This document shows positions 7,697 to 17,662 of a DNA stretch of 64,000 bases, in pieces. Each line of letters starts with the position of its first letter. Positions within the stretch are counted from its first letter, which is position 1. Below the pieces are notes generated by a model that saw nothing but the letters and a program-made list of their open reading frames with translations, made no database searches and was not told the origin of the DNA. Source of the stretch: a virus (Duplodnaviria > Caudoviricetes); IMG/VR virus record IMGVR_UViG_3300032285_002814, positions 1,516-65,515 of that record; one strand, written 5' to 3'. A program made the position numbers and the translations under genes.

Positions 7697-9136
7697 ATGA
7701 TAAAAGGTTACATTCCTCAAAAAGACAGAAAAAAAATTCTTTTGCTTTGCGATGATATTAGAATGACTTCTGGTATCTCAACAATTGCAAGGGAATTAGT
7801 AGTTGGCACTTCTCACGTTTATAATTGGGTAAACATAGGAGGAGCGATTAATCATCCAGATAGCGGCAAGAGATTAGACATATCTCAAGACACTAATCAA
7901 ATAATGAATATTTCTGATTCTTCAGTTTTCATATACCCAATCAATGGATACGGATCCCCAGAATTAATTAGACAACTAATGGATATTGAAAAACCAGACG
8001 CTATCATGTTCTTTACTGATCCTAGATACTGGATTTGGTTATTCCAAATGGAAAACGAAATAAGAAAAAAAATTCCAATGATCTATTTAAATATTTGGGA
8101 CGATTTACCCGCTCCTTTATATAATAAATCGTATTATGAATCTTGCGATACTCTTTTAGCAATATCAAAACAAACTGAGAATATAAATAAAATGGTTCTT
8201 GGAGAAAAAGCTAATAGTAAAATAATAAAATATCTTCCTCATGGAATCAATGAAAAAATATTCTACCCTATTAATGAATACATGGAAGAATACCAAAAAG
8301 TATTGGAAATGAGAACGAAATTATTCGGAACAGATCAACCTGATTTTGTAGTGTTCTACAATGCTAGAAATATTAGAAGAAAATGTACATCAGATTTGAT
8401 TGCAGCTTATGCAAACTTTTGTGATACGATAGGTAAAGATAAAGCAAAAAAATGTAGATTGCTTCTTCACACAGATCCTATAGATGAAAACGGAACTGAC
8501 TTACCAACGGTTATAGACCTAATATGCGATCCTGAGTATCAAAAAGTTTCGTTTTCTTTAGGTAGAACATCTTCTCAAGAAGTTAATTTGATGTATAATA
8601 TATGTGATGTTACTGCTCTAGTATCTTCAAATGAAGGATGGGGATTATCACTAACAGAAGCAATGATGTGTGGTAAAATGATAATTGCAAATACTACTGG
8701 AGGAATGCAAGATCAGATGAGATTCGAAGATGAAGATGAAAATTGGATAAAATTCGATGAAAACTTCCCATCTAACCACTTTGGAAAATATAAAAAATGC
8801 GGAGAATGGGCAATACCAGTTTTTCCTACTAATATGAGTATGGTAGGATCAATTCCTACTCCATACATATGGGATGATAAAGCTGATTTTAGAGACATAT
8901 CAAAAGCAATTTTACAAGTTTACGAAATGCCATATGACGAAAGAGTGAAAAGAGGAATGAATGGTAGAGATTGGGTTCAATCAGACGAATCTAATATGAG
9001 TGCTAGAAGAATGTGCGAAACATTTGTATCAACAATAGATCAAACTTTAAAAAACTTTGAAAAAAGATCTTCATTCGAATTAATAAAAACAGAAAAATTA
9101 TCAAGAAAAAAATTAACACACCCTTTAATATATTAA
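7697..9136 (+). CDS. GT-B glycosyltransferase (GT4-like)
   Basis: RNIRRK and EGWGLSLTEAMMCG motifs. Confidence 0.9.
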   Translation: MIKGYIPQKDRKKILLLCDDIRMTSGISTIARELVVGTSHVYNWVNIGGAINHPDSGKRLDISQDTNQIMNISDSSVFIYPINGYGSPELIRQLMDIEKPDAIMFFTDPRYWIWLFQMENEIRKKIPMIYLNIWDDLPAPLYNKSYYESCDTLLAISKQTENINKMVLGEKANSKIIKYLPHGINEKIFYPINEYMEEYQKVLEMRTKLFGTDQPDFVVFYNARNIRRKCTSDLIAAYANFCDTIGKDKAKKCRLLLHTDPIDENGTDLPTVIDLICDPEYQKVSFSLGRTSSQEVNLMYNICDVTALVSSNEGWGLSLTEAMMCGKMIIANTTGGMQDQMRFEDEDENWIKFDENFPSNHFGKYKKCGEWAIPVFPTNMSMVGSIPTPYIWDDKADFRDISKAILQVYEMPYDERVKRGMNGRDWVQSDESNMSARRMCETFVSTIDQTLKNFEKRSSFELIKTEKLSRKKLTHPLIY

Positions 9137-9137
9137 T

Positions 9138-10445
9138 ATGAATAAACAATATTGCGTAATATCGTGTCCAATCGATACTTACTCAGGTTATGGAGCAAGA
9201 AGTAGAGATTTCGTAAAGGCTTTATATGAATTAAAGAAAGACGAATGGGATATAGAAATATTAGCTCAAAGATGGGGAGCAACTCCATGGAATTATATAG
9301 AAGAAAATTCTAAAGACTGGAATTTTTTAAATAACATGATAATTAGAACCGGACAATTAACCAAACAGCCTGATGTGTGGATTCAGATAACGATTCCAAA
9401 CGAATTTCAACCAGTCGGAAAATATAATATAGGAGTTACCGCCGGTATAGAAACCACTCTGTGTCATGCATCTTGGATAGATGGATGCAATAGAATGAAT
9501 TTAAATTTAGTTTCTTCTGAGCATGCAAAAACTGTATTTAAGAATTCCACTTTCGAAGAGAGAAATCAGCAAGGTCAAGTAGTAAGACACATAAAATTAG
9601 AAAAATCAATAGAGATCTTATTTGAGGGATTGGATCTATCAAAATATTTTTTCATACCTGAGAATGAAATAGAGACTACTGATTTAGTTAATTCTCTAAA
9701 TGGAATAAAAGAGAATTTCTGCTATCTTTTCGTTGGTCATTGGTTACAAGGAGAATTAGGAGAAGATAGAAAAAACGTAGGTTTAATGGTAAAAAATTTT
9801 TTAGAAGTTTTTAAAGATAAAAAATCAAAACCAGCTTTAATAATGAAAACATCAGGAGCCGGATCGAGTATAATGGATAGAAATGATATACTAAAGAAAA
9901 TAGACAATATCAAAACAATGGTCGGAGGAAAAGATCTTCCGAATATATACTTAGTCCATGGAGATATAGAAGATTCTGAAATGAATAATTTATATAATCA
10001 TCCCAAAATCAAAGCAATGATTAATTTGACAAAAGGTGAAGGATTTGGAAGACCATTATTAGAATTTAGCGTGTGTAAAAAACCAATAATAACAACGAAA
10101 TATTCAGGACATTTAGATTTCCTAGATCCTGAATTCACTACATTAATATCAGGAGAAATAAAGCCAATTCATCCTTCTGCAGTAGTAGAAAATATGCTTA
10201 TACCTGAATCAGGATGGTTCTCAGCTAATTTATCTGAATTTAGAAGTTGCATTAGGGATATGTTTGAAAATTATGATAAGTATACTGAAGGTGCAAAAAG
10301 ACAATCATATAAATCCAAAACTCAATTTTCATTTGAAAAAATGAAAGAGTTGTTATCAACTAATTTAGAATTAATTCCTAAAAAAGTAGAATTAAAATTA
10401 CCGTCTCTTAAAAAAATAGAATTACCTAAACTTAAAAAATCATAA
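9138..10445 (+). CDS. GT-B glycosyltransferase (GT4-like)
   Basis: SGYG, DRKNVG and GEGFGRPLLEF motifs. Confidence 0.9.
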   Translation: MNKQYCVISCPIDTYSGYGARSRDFVKALYELKKDEWDIEILAQRWGATPWNYIEENSKDWNFLNNMIIRTGQLTKQPDVWIQITIPNEFQPVGKYNIGVTAGIETTLCHASWIDGCNRMNLNLVSSEHAKTVFKNSTFEERNQQGQVVRHIKLEKSIEILFEGLDLSKYFFIPENEIETTDLVNSLNGIKENFCYLFVGHWLQGELGEDRKNVGLMVKNFLEVFKDKKSKPALIMKTSGAGSSIMDRNDILKKIDNIKTMVGGKDLPNIYLVHGDIEDSEMNNLYNHPKIKAMINLTKGEGFGRPLLEFSVCKKPIITTKYSGHLDFLDPEFTTLISGEIKPIHPSAVVENMLIPESGWFSANLSEFRSCIRDMFENYDKYTEGAKRQSYKSKTQFSFEKMKELLSTNLELIPKKVELKLPSLKKIELPKLKKS

Positions 10446-10447
10446 TA

Positions 10448-10699
10448 ATGACTGAAAAAGAATTCGTAACGTGGTTAAAAGGATTTGTCTCTGCTGCAAA
10501 TACATTTAATATTACTCCCAAACAATGGGATTGTATTTGCGAACATCTAGATAAAGTAAAAACTGATAATAATCCTATCAATGGAACTAGGTATAACCTT
10601 GATAATAATGGAAGTTGGGGAGTAGTGAATACGACAAGTCGTCTAGATGTGTCTCAGAAAATAGATAATTATGAAACAAAAACTTTATTAAATGACTGA
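10448..10699 (+). CDS. hypothetical phage protein
   Basis: ORF packed tightly in the operon. Confidence 0.7.
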   Translation: MTEKEFVTWLKGFVSAANTFNITPKQWDCICEHLDKVKTDNNPINGTRYNLDNNGSWGVVNTTSRLDVSQKIDNYETKTLLND

Positions 10700-11135
10700 T
10701 AAAATTATAGATTGTCCTAATTGTGAAGAGAAAGCTTCTTGCTATCAAACTCCTATAAATGAATTTCACAATTCATACGCTTGTTTTGGTTGCGGATTCA
10801 CATCAAATGATCTAATGATCACAGAAGAGTTTGACTTTGAGAAATTAGAATCATCCCTGCCAGAATTGTATAAAGACTTAAAAACAATTGATTCTCTAAA
10901 TAGAGTCTGGTATCCGCAAGCTATAAATATTTTAGAAAAAGGAACTGTATTTGCAAATGGAAAATCTAAATCAGATTGGCAATGGTCAGCAATAAAAACT
11001 ATTGAACTTACAGAAGAAGATAAAAATAATCCTAGATTTAAAGGACAAGTATACAAATCAGATTCTAAAAGTTTACAGAGTTTTGGAAAAGATTTTATAG
11101 AAGCTTGTGATTATATAGGATTTTTTAACGCATAA
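10692..11135 (+). CDS. hypothetical protein with N-terminal Zn ribbon
   Basis: CPNC...CFGC. Confidence 0.75.
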   Translation: MTDKIIDCPNCEEKASCYQTPINEFHNSYACFGCGFTSNDLMITEEFDFEKLESSLPELYKDLKTIDSLNRVWYPQAINILEKGTVFANGKSKSDWQWSAIKTIELTEEDKNNPRFKGQVYKSDSKSLQSFGKDFIEACDYIGFFNA

Positions 11136-11144
11136 AATAATAGT

Positions 11145-11765
11145 ATGCCATCAATAAGTTACGCAATTCCCGTATGTAATGAACATGTCGAATTAGATAG
11201 TCTATTAACGCTACTCTTAAAATTCAAAAGAGATGATGATGAAATAGTTGTCCAATGTGATTCAGGAAATACCACACCAGAAGTTTATGAAGTAATAAAC
11301 AAACATAAGAGCAATATAAAAATAGTTCAATTTGCTCTTAATGGAAATTTTGCAGCATTTAAAAACAATTTAAAATTTCATTGTTTAAGTGAGTGGATAT
11401 TTCAAATAGATGCTGATGAATTATTACATGAAGAATTTTTAGAACATCTACATCAAATTCTTGAAGATAACCCGACAGTACAATTATTTTGTTTGCCGAG
11501 AATCAACACTGTAGAAGGTCTTACACAAGATCATATCGATAAATGGGGTTGGAATGTAAATGAAAAGGGGTGGGTAAACTTTCCTGATATACAAACAAGA
11601 ATAATTCAAAATTCTCCAAAAATACAATGGGTTGGTAAAGTCCATGAAGTAATATATGGACATACTTCTCAAGCAGTTCTACCAATTCAAGAAGAATATT
11701 GTTTGATTCACCATAAACATATAAAGCGTCAAGAAGTCCAAAACATATTATATTCAATGATATAA
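11145..11765 (+). CDS. GT2-family glycosyltransferase
   Basis: ISYAIPVCNE, WIFQIDADE and KVHE motifs. Confidence 0.9.
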   Translation: MPSISYAIPVCNEHVELDSLLTLLLKFKRDDDEIVVQCDSGNTTPEVYEVINKHKSNIKIVQFALNGNFAAFKNNLKFHCLSEWIFQIDADELLHEEFLEHLHQILEDNPTVQLFCLPRINTVEGLTQDHIDKWGWNVNEKGWVNFPDIQTRIIQNSPKIQWVGKVHEVIYGHTSQAVLPIQEEYCLIHHKHIKRQEVQNILYSMI

Positions 11766-11778
11766 ACAAAAAATAGTT

Positions 11779-13092
11779 ATGCAAGAGATTTTAAAATTAG
11801 TAGAAAATTACATCAGTAAAAAACACTCTGAAAAAAAATGGGAAGCAGGAAAAGATTGGGTTCAATACGCTGGTCCATATTTTGATAGTCAAGAGTACAC
11901 AGCAGCTGTTAAAAGTTTATTAAGTGAATGGTTAGTATTAGGAGCAGATGCGATCAAATTTGAAAAAACATTTCCTGAAAAGTTTGGAAAAAGATTCGGA
12001 CTTCTAACAAATAGTGGTTCAAGCGCCAATCTTCTTATGATGTTAGCTCTGACTTCAAAAAGAGGTCGTAATTTACCAAAAGGCACAAAAGTCATTACTC
12101 CTATTGCTGGATTTCCAACAACACTTAATCCTATATTTCAAGTAGGATTTACTCCAATATTTGTAGATATAGAATTAGAAACATTAAATTTGGATCTTGA
12201 TCAAGTAGAAAAAGCATGTATAGAAAATCCTGATGCAAAAATAATAACGTTTGCTCACGTTCTCGGAAATCCTCCTAACATGAATAAACTTATGGAGATA
12301 ATTGAGAAATATAATCTTATTTTATTAGAAGATTGTTGTGATGCTTTAGGATCTTTGTACGATGGCAAAAAATTAGGGTCTTTCGGAGAATTAGCAAGTT
12401 GTTCATTTTATCCAGCTCACCATATCACTATGGGTGAAGGAGGTTTTGTAGCAGCTAAAGATCAAGACACAGAAAGAATAATTAGAAGTTTTAGAGAATG
12501 GGGTAGAGGTTGTTATTGCGTAGGCAAACAAAATCTTTTGGCGAACGGATCTTGCGATTGCAGATTTAATAATTGGTTGCCATCTCTTCCTGAAGATTTA
12601 TTTGATCACAAATATGTTTATGAAGAGATCGGGTACAATTTAAAACCAATAGAATTACAAGCATCTATAGGCTTAGTGCAAATGAAAAAAATGCAAGAAA
12701 TAGGAGAAAAACGTAGAGAGAATTATTCTAATCTTTTCAAAGCATTTTCTAAATATGAACAATATTTTCATTTACATAAAGCCCAACCGTTATCTGATCC
12801 AGATTGGTTTGCGTTTCCTATTACATTGAGAGACGATGCTCCATTTAAAAGATCAGACATTTGTCAATTTTTGGAAGCTAATAAAATTCAAACAAGACCA
12901 TATTTTGCTGGAAATATAATGCTTCAACCAGCATATGCAGGAATGATGAATCCTAAAGAAGTTATAGAGAAATTTCCCATAGCAAGAAAAGTTACAACAG
13001 ATACGTTCTTTTTAGGAACAAGTCCTGTAATCAATAAAGAAAAGATAGATTATATAGAATCAGTACTTGATAAATTTATAACTACTTTATGA
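11779..13092 (+). CDS. rfbH: NDP-4-keto-6-deoxyglucose 3-dehydrase (RfbH/DdhC, E1-type)
   Basis: NSGSSANL, EDCCDALG, SFYPAHHITMGEGG (His replaces the PLP Lys) and WGRGCYC...C Fe-S motif. Confidence 0.88.
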   Translation: MQEILKLVENYISKKHSEKKWEAGKDWVQYAGPYFDSQEYTAAVKSLLSEWLVLGADAIKFEKTFPEKFGKRFGLLTNSGSSANLLMMLALTSKRGRNLPKGTKVITPIAGFPTTLNPIFQVGFTPIFVDIELETLNLDLDQVEKACIENPDAKIITFAHVLGNPPNMNKLMEIIEKYNLILLEDCCDALGSLYDGKKLGSFGELASCSFYPAHHITMGEGGFVAAKDQDTERIIRSFREWGRGCYCVGKQNLLANGSCDCRFNNWLPSLPEDLFDHKYVYEEIGYNLKPIELQASIGLVQMKKMQEIGEKRRENYSNLFKAFSKYEQYFHLHKAQPLSDPDWFAFPITLRDDAPFKRSDICQFLEANKIQTRPYFAGNIMLQPAYAGMMNPKEVIEKFPIARKVTTDTFFLGTSPVINKEKIDYIESVLDKFITTL

Positions 13093-14072
13093 GAATAGCT
13101 TTTTTAACAGAGATGGGATTTCAAGGCAAAATTCAAGACGATCATTCGAATATGAGAACAGAATTTGCTTGGATGAATGCACTAAACGCAGATCATTATC
13201 CCATTTCCGCATATCAGCAAGTAGAAAATTACGATCATGTATTTCTTATATTTCCAAAAGGGGAAGTATACTTAAATGCAGTTGGATCTAAATTAATAGA
13301 TAAGATAAATCCTGTAAGCGAATTACTTGCATCTAATTTTTATCAATCGATAAAAGATAAAAATCGTAAACTTCACTTTGTTCAAGAAGGTCCTCATTGG
13401 CTTTTTAACGATTACGAAATAATAGATCAAATAAATTTCTATAATCTTATAAGTGAATGTGATTCTATATTTGCTCATAATCAAGAGGATAGGAAATACT
13501 ACTTAGGAATGTTTCCTGATAAGCCTGTTTACGTTCTGCCTACTCTAATGATAGAAACTCTAATAAAAGATATAGAGCCTATTAAAACAGATATGGTGAT
13601 CATTGGCGGTAATTTCTCTAGATGGTACGGAGGATTTGAAAGCTATACAATAGCTCAAGAGTTTCAAGTACCTATCTGGGCTCAAACATCTCATTCTACA
13701 AGAGCGTATGAACATCAACTTGAAAATATAAATCATTTTCCACGTATGATGTGGAATACATGGATGCACGAACTTTCGAAGTTTAAATATGCAGTGCATC
13801 TTATGCCGACAGTTGCAGCAGGAACTTTCAGTTTAAACTGTGCTTACTTCGGTATTCCGTGTATAGGAAATATAGATGTTGATACGCAATCAGCATGTCA
13901 TCCATTACTGTCAGTAGATGTTAATGACATTTATTCTGCAAGAAATTTAGCAAAGAGATTGAAAGAAGATAAAGATTTTTATGATCGTTGTAGTATAATG
14001 GCTAAAGATGGTTATAAATCTTATTACCATAAAGATAATTGGTTGAAGTATATGGATAAAGTATTAAATTGA
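13089..14072 (+). CDS. putative GT-B fold glycosyltransferase
   Basis: MRIAFL start and GTFSLNCAYFGIPCIG C-terminal pattern; island context. Confidence 0.55.
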   Translation: MRIAFLTEMGFQGKIQDDHSNMRTEFAWMNALNADHYPISAYQQVENYDHVFLIFPKGEVYLNAVGSKLIDKINPVSELLASNFYQSIKDKNRKLHFVQEGPHWLFNDYEIIDQINFYNLISECDSIFAHNQEDRKYYLGMFPDKPVYVLPTLMIETLIKDIEPIKTDMVIIGGNFSRWYGGFESYTIAQEFQVPIWAQTSHSTRAYEHQLENINHFPRMMWNTWMHELSKFKYAVHLMPTVAAGTFSLNCAYFGIPCIGNIDVDTQSACHPLLSVDVNDIYSARNLAKRLKEDKDFYDRCSIMAKDGYKSYYHKDNWLKYMDKVLN

Positions 14073-14101
14073 ATTAATTAAAAACAGATAAAGTTAAAAT
14101 A

Positions 14102-14512
14102 ATGGAAGCTATATATAGTAACATTGATACAAATAAACTCTTACACATTATAGTAAGAAAAAAAGATTTAACTCCTGGTAGAATTGAAGTAGTTCCAAAA
14201 GATAATTTTATTCAATGCGCTTTACTCAATATGGAACAAGGGAAAACATTCAAATCTCATAAACATATCTGGAAACAACGTACTCATAACGTAATTGCTC
14301 AAGAAAGTTGGATCGTAATTGAAGGTAGTGTTAAATGTGTCTTATATGACATCGATGATCAAATTATATCAACTCCTATATTGCATCCAGGAGATGCTTC
14401 TTTTACTTTAGAGGGAGGACACACTTATGAAATTTTAGAAGATAATACATTAGTTTATGAATATAAAACAGGTCCGTATGAAGGACAATTACTAGATAAA
14501 ATTTTTATATGA
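14102..14512 (+). CDS. WbuC-like cupin
   Basis: HKH...QESW...GGH...EYKTGPY. Confidence 0.8.
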   Translation: MEAIYSNIDTNKLLHIIVRKKDLTPGRIEVVPKDNFIQCALLNMEQGKTFKSHKHIWKQRTHNVIAQESWIVIEGSVKCVLYDIDDQIISTPILHPGDASFTLEGGHTYEILEDNTLVYEYKTGPYEGQLLDKIFI

Positions 14513-15156
14513 AAAAAATAACAATATTAGGAGGTACGGGTGGATTAGGAAGTCAACTTGTTCCTAGACTTTTAGATTATGAAGTAATAGCATTGGGAAG
14601 TTCTCAGTTGAATGTAATTAATTACGAAGAAGTATCTATTTACTTTAAGAACAATCCAACAGACATTTTAATTAATCTAAGTGGATATAATAAGGATAAT
14701 TTCCTACATAAGCTAACAATAGATAGCCAAGATGCTGTAAACAAACAGATTGATATAAACGTTAAAGGCAATATTAATGTAGTGAGTTCATGTTTACCCA
14801 ATATGAGAGAAAATGGTTACGGCAGAATTATATTAATATCTTCAGTGTTAGCAAGCAAACCAGTTGTAAGTACAGGTATCTATTCTGGGTGTAAGGGATT
14901 TTTAGACTCTTTAGCAAAGACAACAGCTATAGAAAATGCGAGTAAAAATGTTACCTGTAACACAATCCAATTAGGATACTTCGACGGAGGTCTAACCCAT
15001 AAGATACCAGAGAATTTCAGAAACCAAGTATTAGAAACAATACCTGCTAAGAGATGGGGGACTATAGAAGAATTAGAAAATGTAATTAGATTTTTAATAA
15101 ATACGCCATATGTTAATGGCACAAACCTAAAAATAAATGGAGGACTTGATTTTTAA
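14509..15156 (+). CDS. short-chain dehydrogenase/reductase
   Basis: GGTGGLG, ISS and YSGCK catalytic motif. Confidence 0.9.
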   Translation: MKKITILGGTGGLGSQLVPRLLDYEVIALGSSQLNVINYEEVSIYFKNNPTDILINLSGYNKDNFLHKLTIDSQDAVNKQIDINVKGNINVVSSCLPNMRENGYGRIILISSVLASKPVVSTGIYSGCKGFLDSLAKTTAIENASKNVTCNTIQLGYFDGGLTHKIPENFRNQVLETIPAKRWGTIEELENVIRFLINTPYVNGTNLKINGGLDF

Positions 15157-15673
15157 GAAAAAAGGCATAGATGTTTATGTAGATGTAACTAGTCGAATTA
15201 ATCATCCGAATGAGGTTGAATTAGGAAACCACGTTGCAATTGATTTGGGAGTTTATATTTCGACAAGAGCGAGTATAGGAGATTACGTGCATATTGCTCC
15301 ATATACTTGTATTATAGGAGGAAAATATAGTGAACTTGTGATGAAAGAATTTAGTGGTATAAGCGCAGGCTCTAGAATTTTATGTGGCAGTGATGATTTT
15401 ACCCTAGGATTAATGAATCCACAAGTACCAATACAATATAGACGTCCAAAAATAACAACTATTACATTCGAAAGATTTACGTGCGTAGGAGTTAACTCTG
15501 TTGTAATGCCTGGAATCACTTTAAGAGAAGGTTCCGTTGTAGGATCTAATTCAGTTTTAACAAAAGATACAGAACCTTGGACAATTTACGTTGGATCACC
15601 TGCTAAACCCGTTAAGATCAGAGATAAAGTAAAAATATTAGAGTACGCAAAAGAATTAGGATATGAACTTTAA
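15137..15673 (+). CDS. hexapeptide-repeat (LbH) acyltransferase
   Basis: Hexapeptide repeats, VGSNSVLTKD and YVGSPAK. Confidence 0.9.
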   Translation: MEDLIFKKKGIDVYVDVTSRINHPNEVELGNHVAIDLGVYISTRASIGDYVHIAPYTCIIGGKYSELVMKEFSGISAGSRILCGSDDFTLGLMNPQVPIQYRRPKITTITFERFTCVGVNSVVMPGITLREGSVVGSNSVLTKDTEPWTIYVGSPAKPVKIRDKVKILEYAKELGYEL

Positions 15674-16295
15674 TGTAGTAACAGAATTTGAAAATAAGAT
15701 AGCCACTTTTTTTGGAGCTCCATACGCAATCGCGGTTGATAGTTGTACTCATGGAATTGAGTTAGCATTAAGATATACAGAAGTTGATCATATTACAGTA
15801 CCAAAGCGTACATATTTATCGATTCCTTTTTTAGCTGAGAAGCTTGAGATTAGTAGAACTTGGAAAGAGGAAGAATGGATTGACTACTATTACTTGACAG
15901 ATAGAGTTGTAGATGCAGCAGTCTTATGGAAACCGGAAAGTTATATTAAAAATACTTTCATGGGAATTAGTTTTCAATATCAAAAACACTTATCTTTAGG
16001 AAGAGGCGGTATTTTATTGACAGATAATGAAGAAGCCGCTATACAAATTAAAAAAATGTCATATGATGGTAGACTTCCTAATATACCTTGGAGAGATCAA
16101 GACATTAGTACTATAGGATATCATTATTATATGACTCCTGAAACTGCAAAATTAGGTTTAGATAAATTATCTTCAGCTATATCAAGTGAACCTAGAAAAT
16201 GGTCAGTAATGGATTGGCCTGATTTAACTCAATTGACGATCTTTAAATCACAAAGTAATATCGATGACATAGATCCATATTTACAAACAAGATAA
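15663..16295 (+). CDS. short DegT/DnrJ/EryC1-like PLP aminotransferase
   Basis: FENKIA, AVDSCTHG, VDAA and SFQYQKHLSLGRGG; only 210 aa. Confidence 0.75.
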   Translation: MNFNVVTEFENKIATFFGAPYAIAVDSCTHGIELALRYTEVDHITVPKRTYLSIPFLAEKLEISRTWKEEEWIDYYYLTDRVVDAAVLWKPESYIKNTFMGISFQYQKHLSLGRGGILLTDNEEAAIQIKKMSYDGRLPNIPWRDQDISTIGYHYYMTPETAKLGLDKLSSAISSEPRKWSVMDWPDLTQLTIFKSQSNIDDIDPYLQTR

Positions 16296-16304
16296 AATAC
16301 ATAC

Positions 16305-17285
16305 ATGAAAAAAGCATTTATAACAGGAATTGGAGGACAGGATGGATCTTACTTAGCTGAGCACTTACTATCATTAGGATATGAAGTACACGGTATCATT
16401 CGAAGAAATTCAACACCAGAGCACCAACAATCAAGAATAGATAACGTACGAGGAAACCTACACGTTTATTATGGTGACTTACTGGATCAATCTAGCATTG
16501 AACATTTATTAGACAAGATTCAACCAGATGAAATCTACAACTTAGCAGCACAGAGCCACGTACGTATTAGTTTCGATATTCCACAATTCACAGCTCAGAC
16601 AAATGCGTTAGGAGTATTGAATGTATTAGAAGCCTATAGAAGAGCTTGCCCAACAGCAAAGTTCTATCAAGCAAGCAGCTCAGAGATGTTTGGGTCATCA
16701 GTAGATGCAGACGGATACCAAAGAGAGACTACTCCAATGAATCCAGTGTCACCATACGGCTGTACAAAAGTATTTGGTTATAACATTGTTCGCAATTACC
16801 GCAAAGCATACAAACTGCATACAAGCAATGGGATCCTTTTTAATCACGAATCACCACGCAGAGGTTCTAACTTTGTAACGAACAAGGTAGTGAAAGCTGC
16901 AGTTATGATTAGCTTAGGTTTACAGAAAGAATTGGAGTTAGGTAACATGGATGCATATAGAGATTGGGGACATTCAAAGGATTACGTAAAAGCCATGCAC
17001 TTAATATTACAACAAGACCAACCAGGAGACTGGGTTGTCGCAACTGGACAGACTAGATCAGTGAGAGATATGTGTGAATACGTGTTTGCTAAACTAGGAT
17101 TAGATTACAGAGACTATGTAGTACAGAATCAGAAGTTCTTACGTCCTGAAGAGTTACCATACCTAAAAGGAGATTCAACAAAGATACGTACAGAGTTAGG
17201 ATGGAAGCCGGAATATACTTTTGAAGCTATGATGGATGAAATGATTAAATATTGGAAAAAAATACTCGATATTCAAATCTCATAA
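16305..17285 (+). CDS. gmd: GDP-mannose 4,6-dehydratase
   Basis: GIGGQDGSYLA, LAAQSHV, QASSSEMFG, SPYGCTK, NHESPRRG and RDWGH. Confidence 0.96.
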   Translation: MKKAFITGIGGQDGSYLAEHLLSLGYEVHGIIRRNSTPEHQQSRIDNVRGNLHVYYGDLLDQSSIEHLLDKIQPDEIYNLAAQSHVRISFDIPQFTAQTNALGVLNVLEAYRRACPTAKFYQASSSEMFGSSVDADGYQRETTPMNPVSPYGCTKVFGYNIVRNYRKAYKLHTSNGILFNHESPRRGSNFVTNKVVKAAVMISLGLQKELELGNMDAYRDWGHSKDYVKAMHLILQQDQPGDWVVATGQTRSVRDMCEYVFAKLGLDYRDYVVQNQKFLRPEELPYLKGDSTKIRTELGWKPEYTFEAMMDEMIKYWKKILDIQIS

Positions 17286-17314
17286 TTATAAAAAATTTTT
17301 TAAACAATAATATA

Positions 17315-17662
17315 ATGAATAATTACAAAGAACAACGACCATGGGGTGAATTTGAAAATCTATTAGATAGTGATTTGTGTAAAGTAAAAAAAATCATCAT
17401 TAAACCAGGGCAAGCACCTAGTTACCAATACCACTTTAAACGTAGTGAAGTATGGACTATAGTTCAAGGTAACGGTGAATTAAAGCTAAATGATAATATT
17501 ATTCCTGTAACATCAGGTTATACCTATCATATTAAAAAAGAAGCAAAACATCAAATTAAAAACACAGGTACTCAAGACTTAATATTCATAGAGATACAAC
17601 TTGGTGAATATTTTGGCGAAGACGATATCGTTAGACTAGAAGACAATTATGGTAGAGCATAA
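17315..17662 (+). CDS. mannose-6-phosphate isomerase type II C-terminal cupin
   Basis: RPWG, SYQYHFKRSEVW, IEIQLGEYFGEDDIVRLEDNYGR. Confidence 0.9.
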   Translation: MNNYKEQRPWGEFENLLDSDLCKVKKIIIKPGQAPSYQYHFKRSEVWTIVQGNGELKLNDNIIPVTSGYTYHIKKEAKHQIKNTGTQDLIFIEIQLGEYFGEDDIVRLEDNYGRA

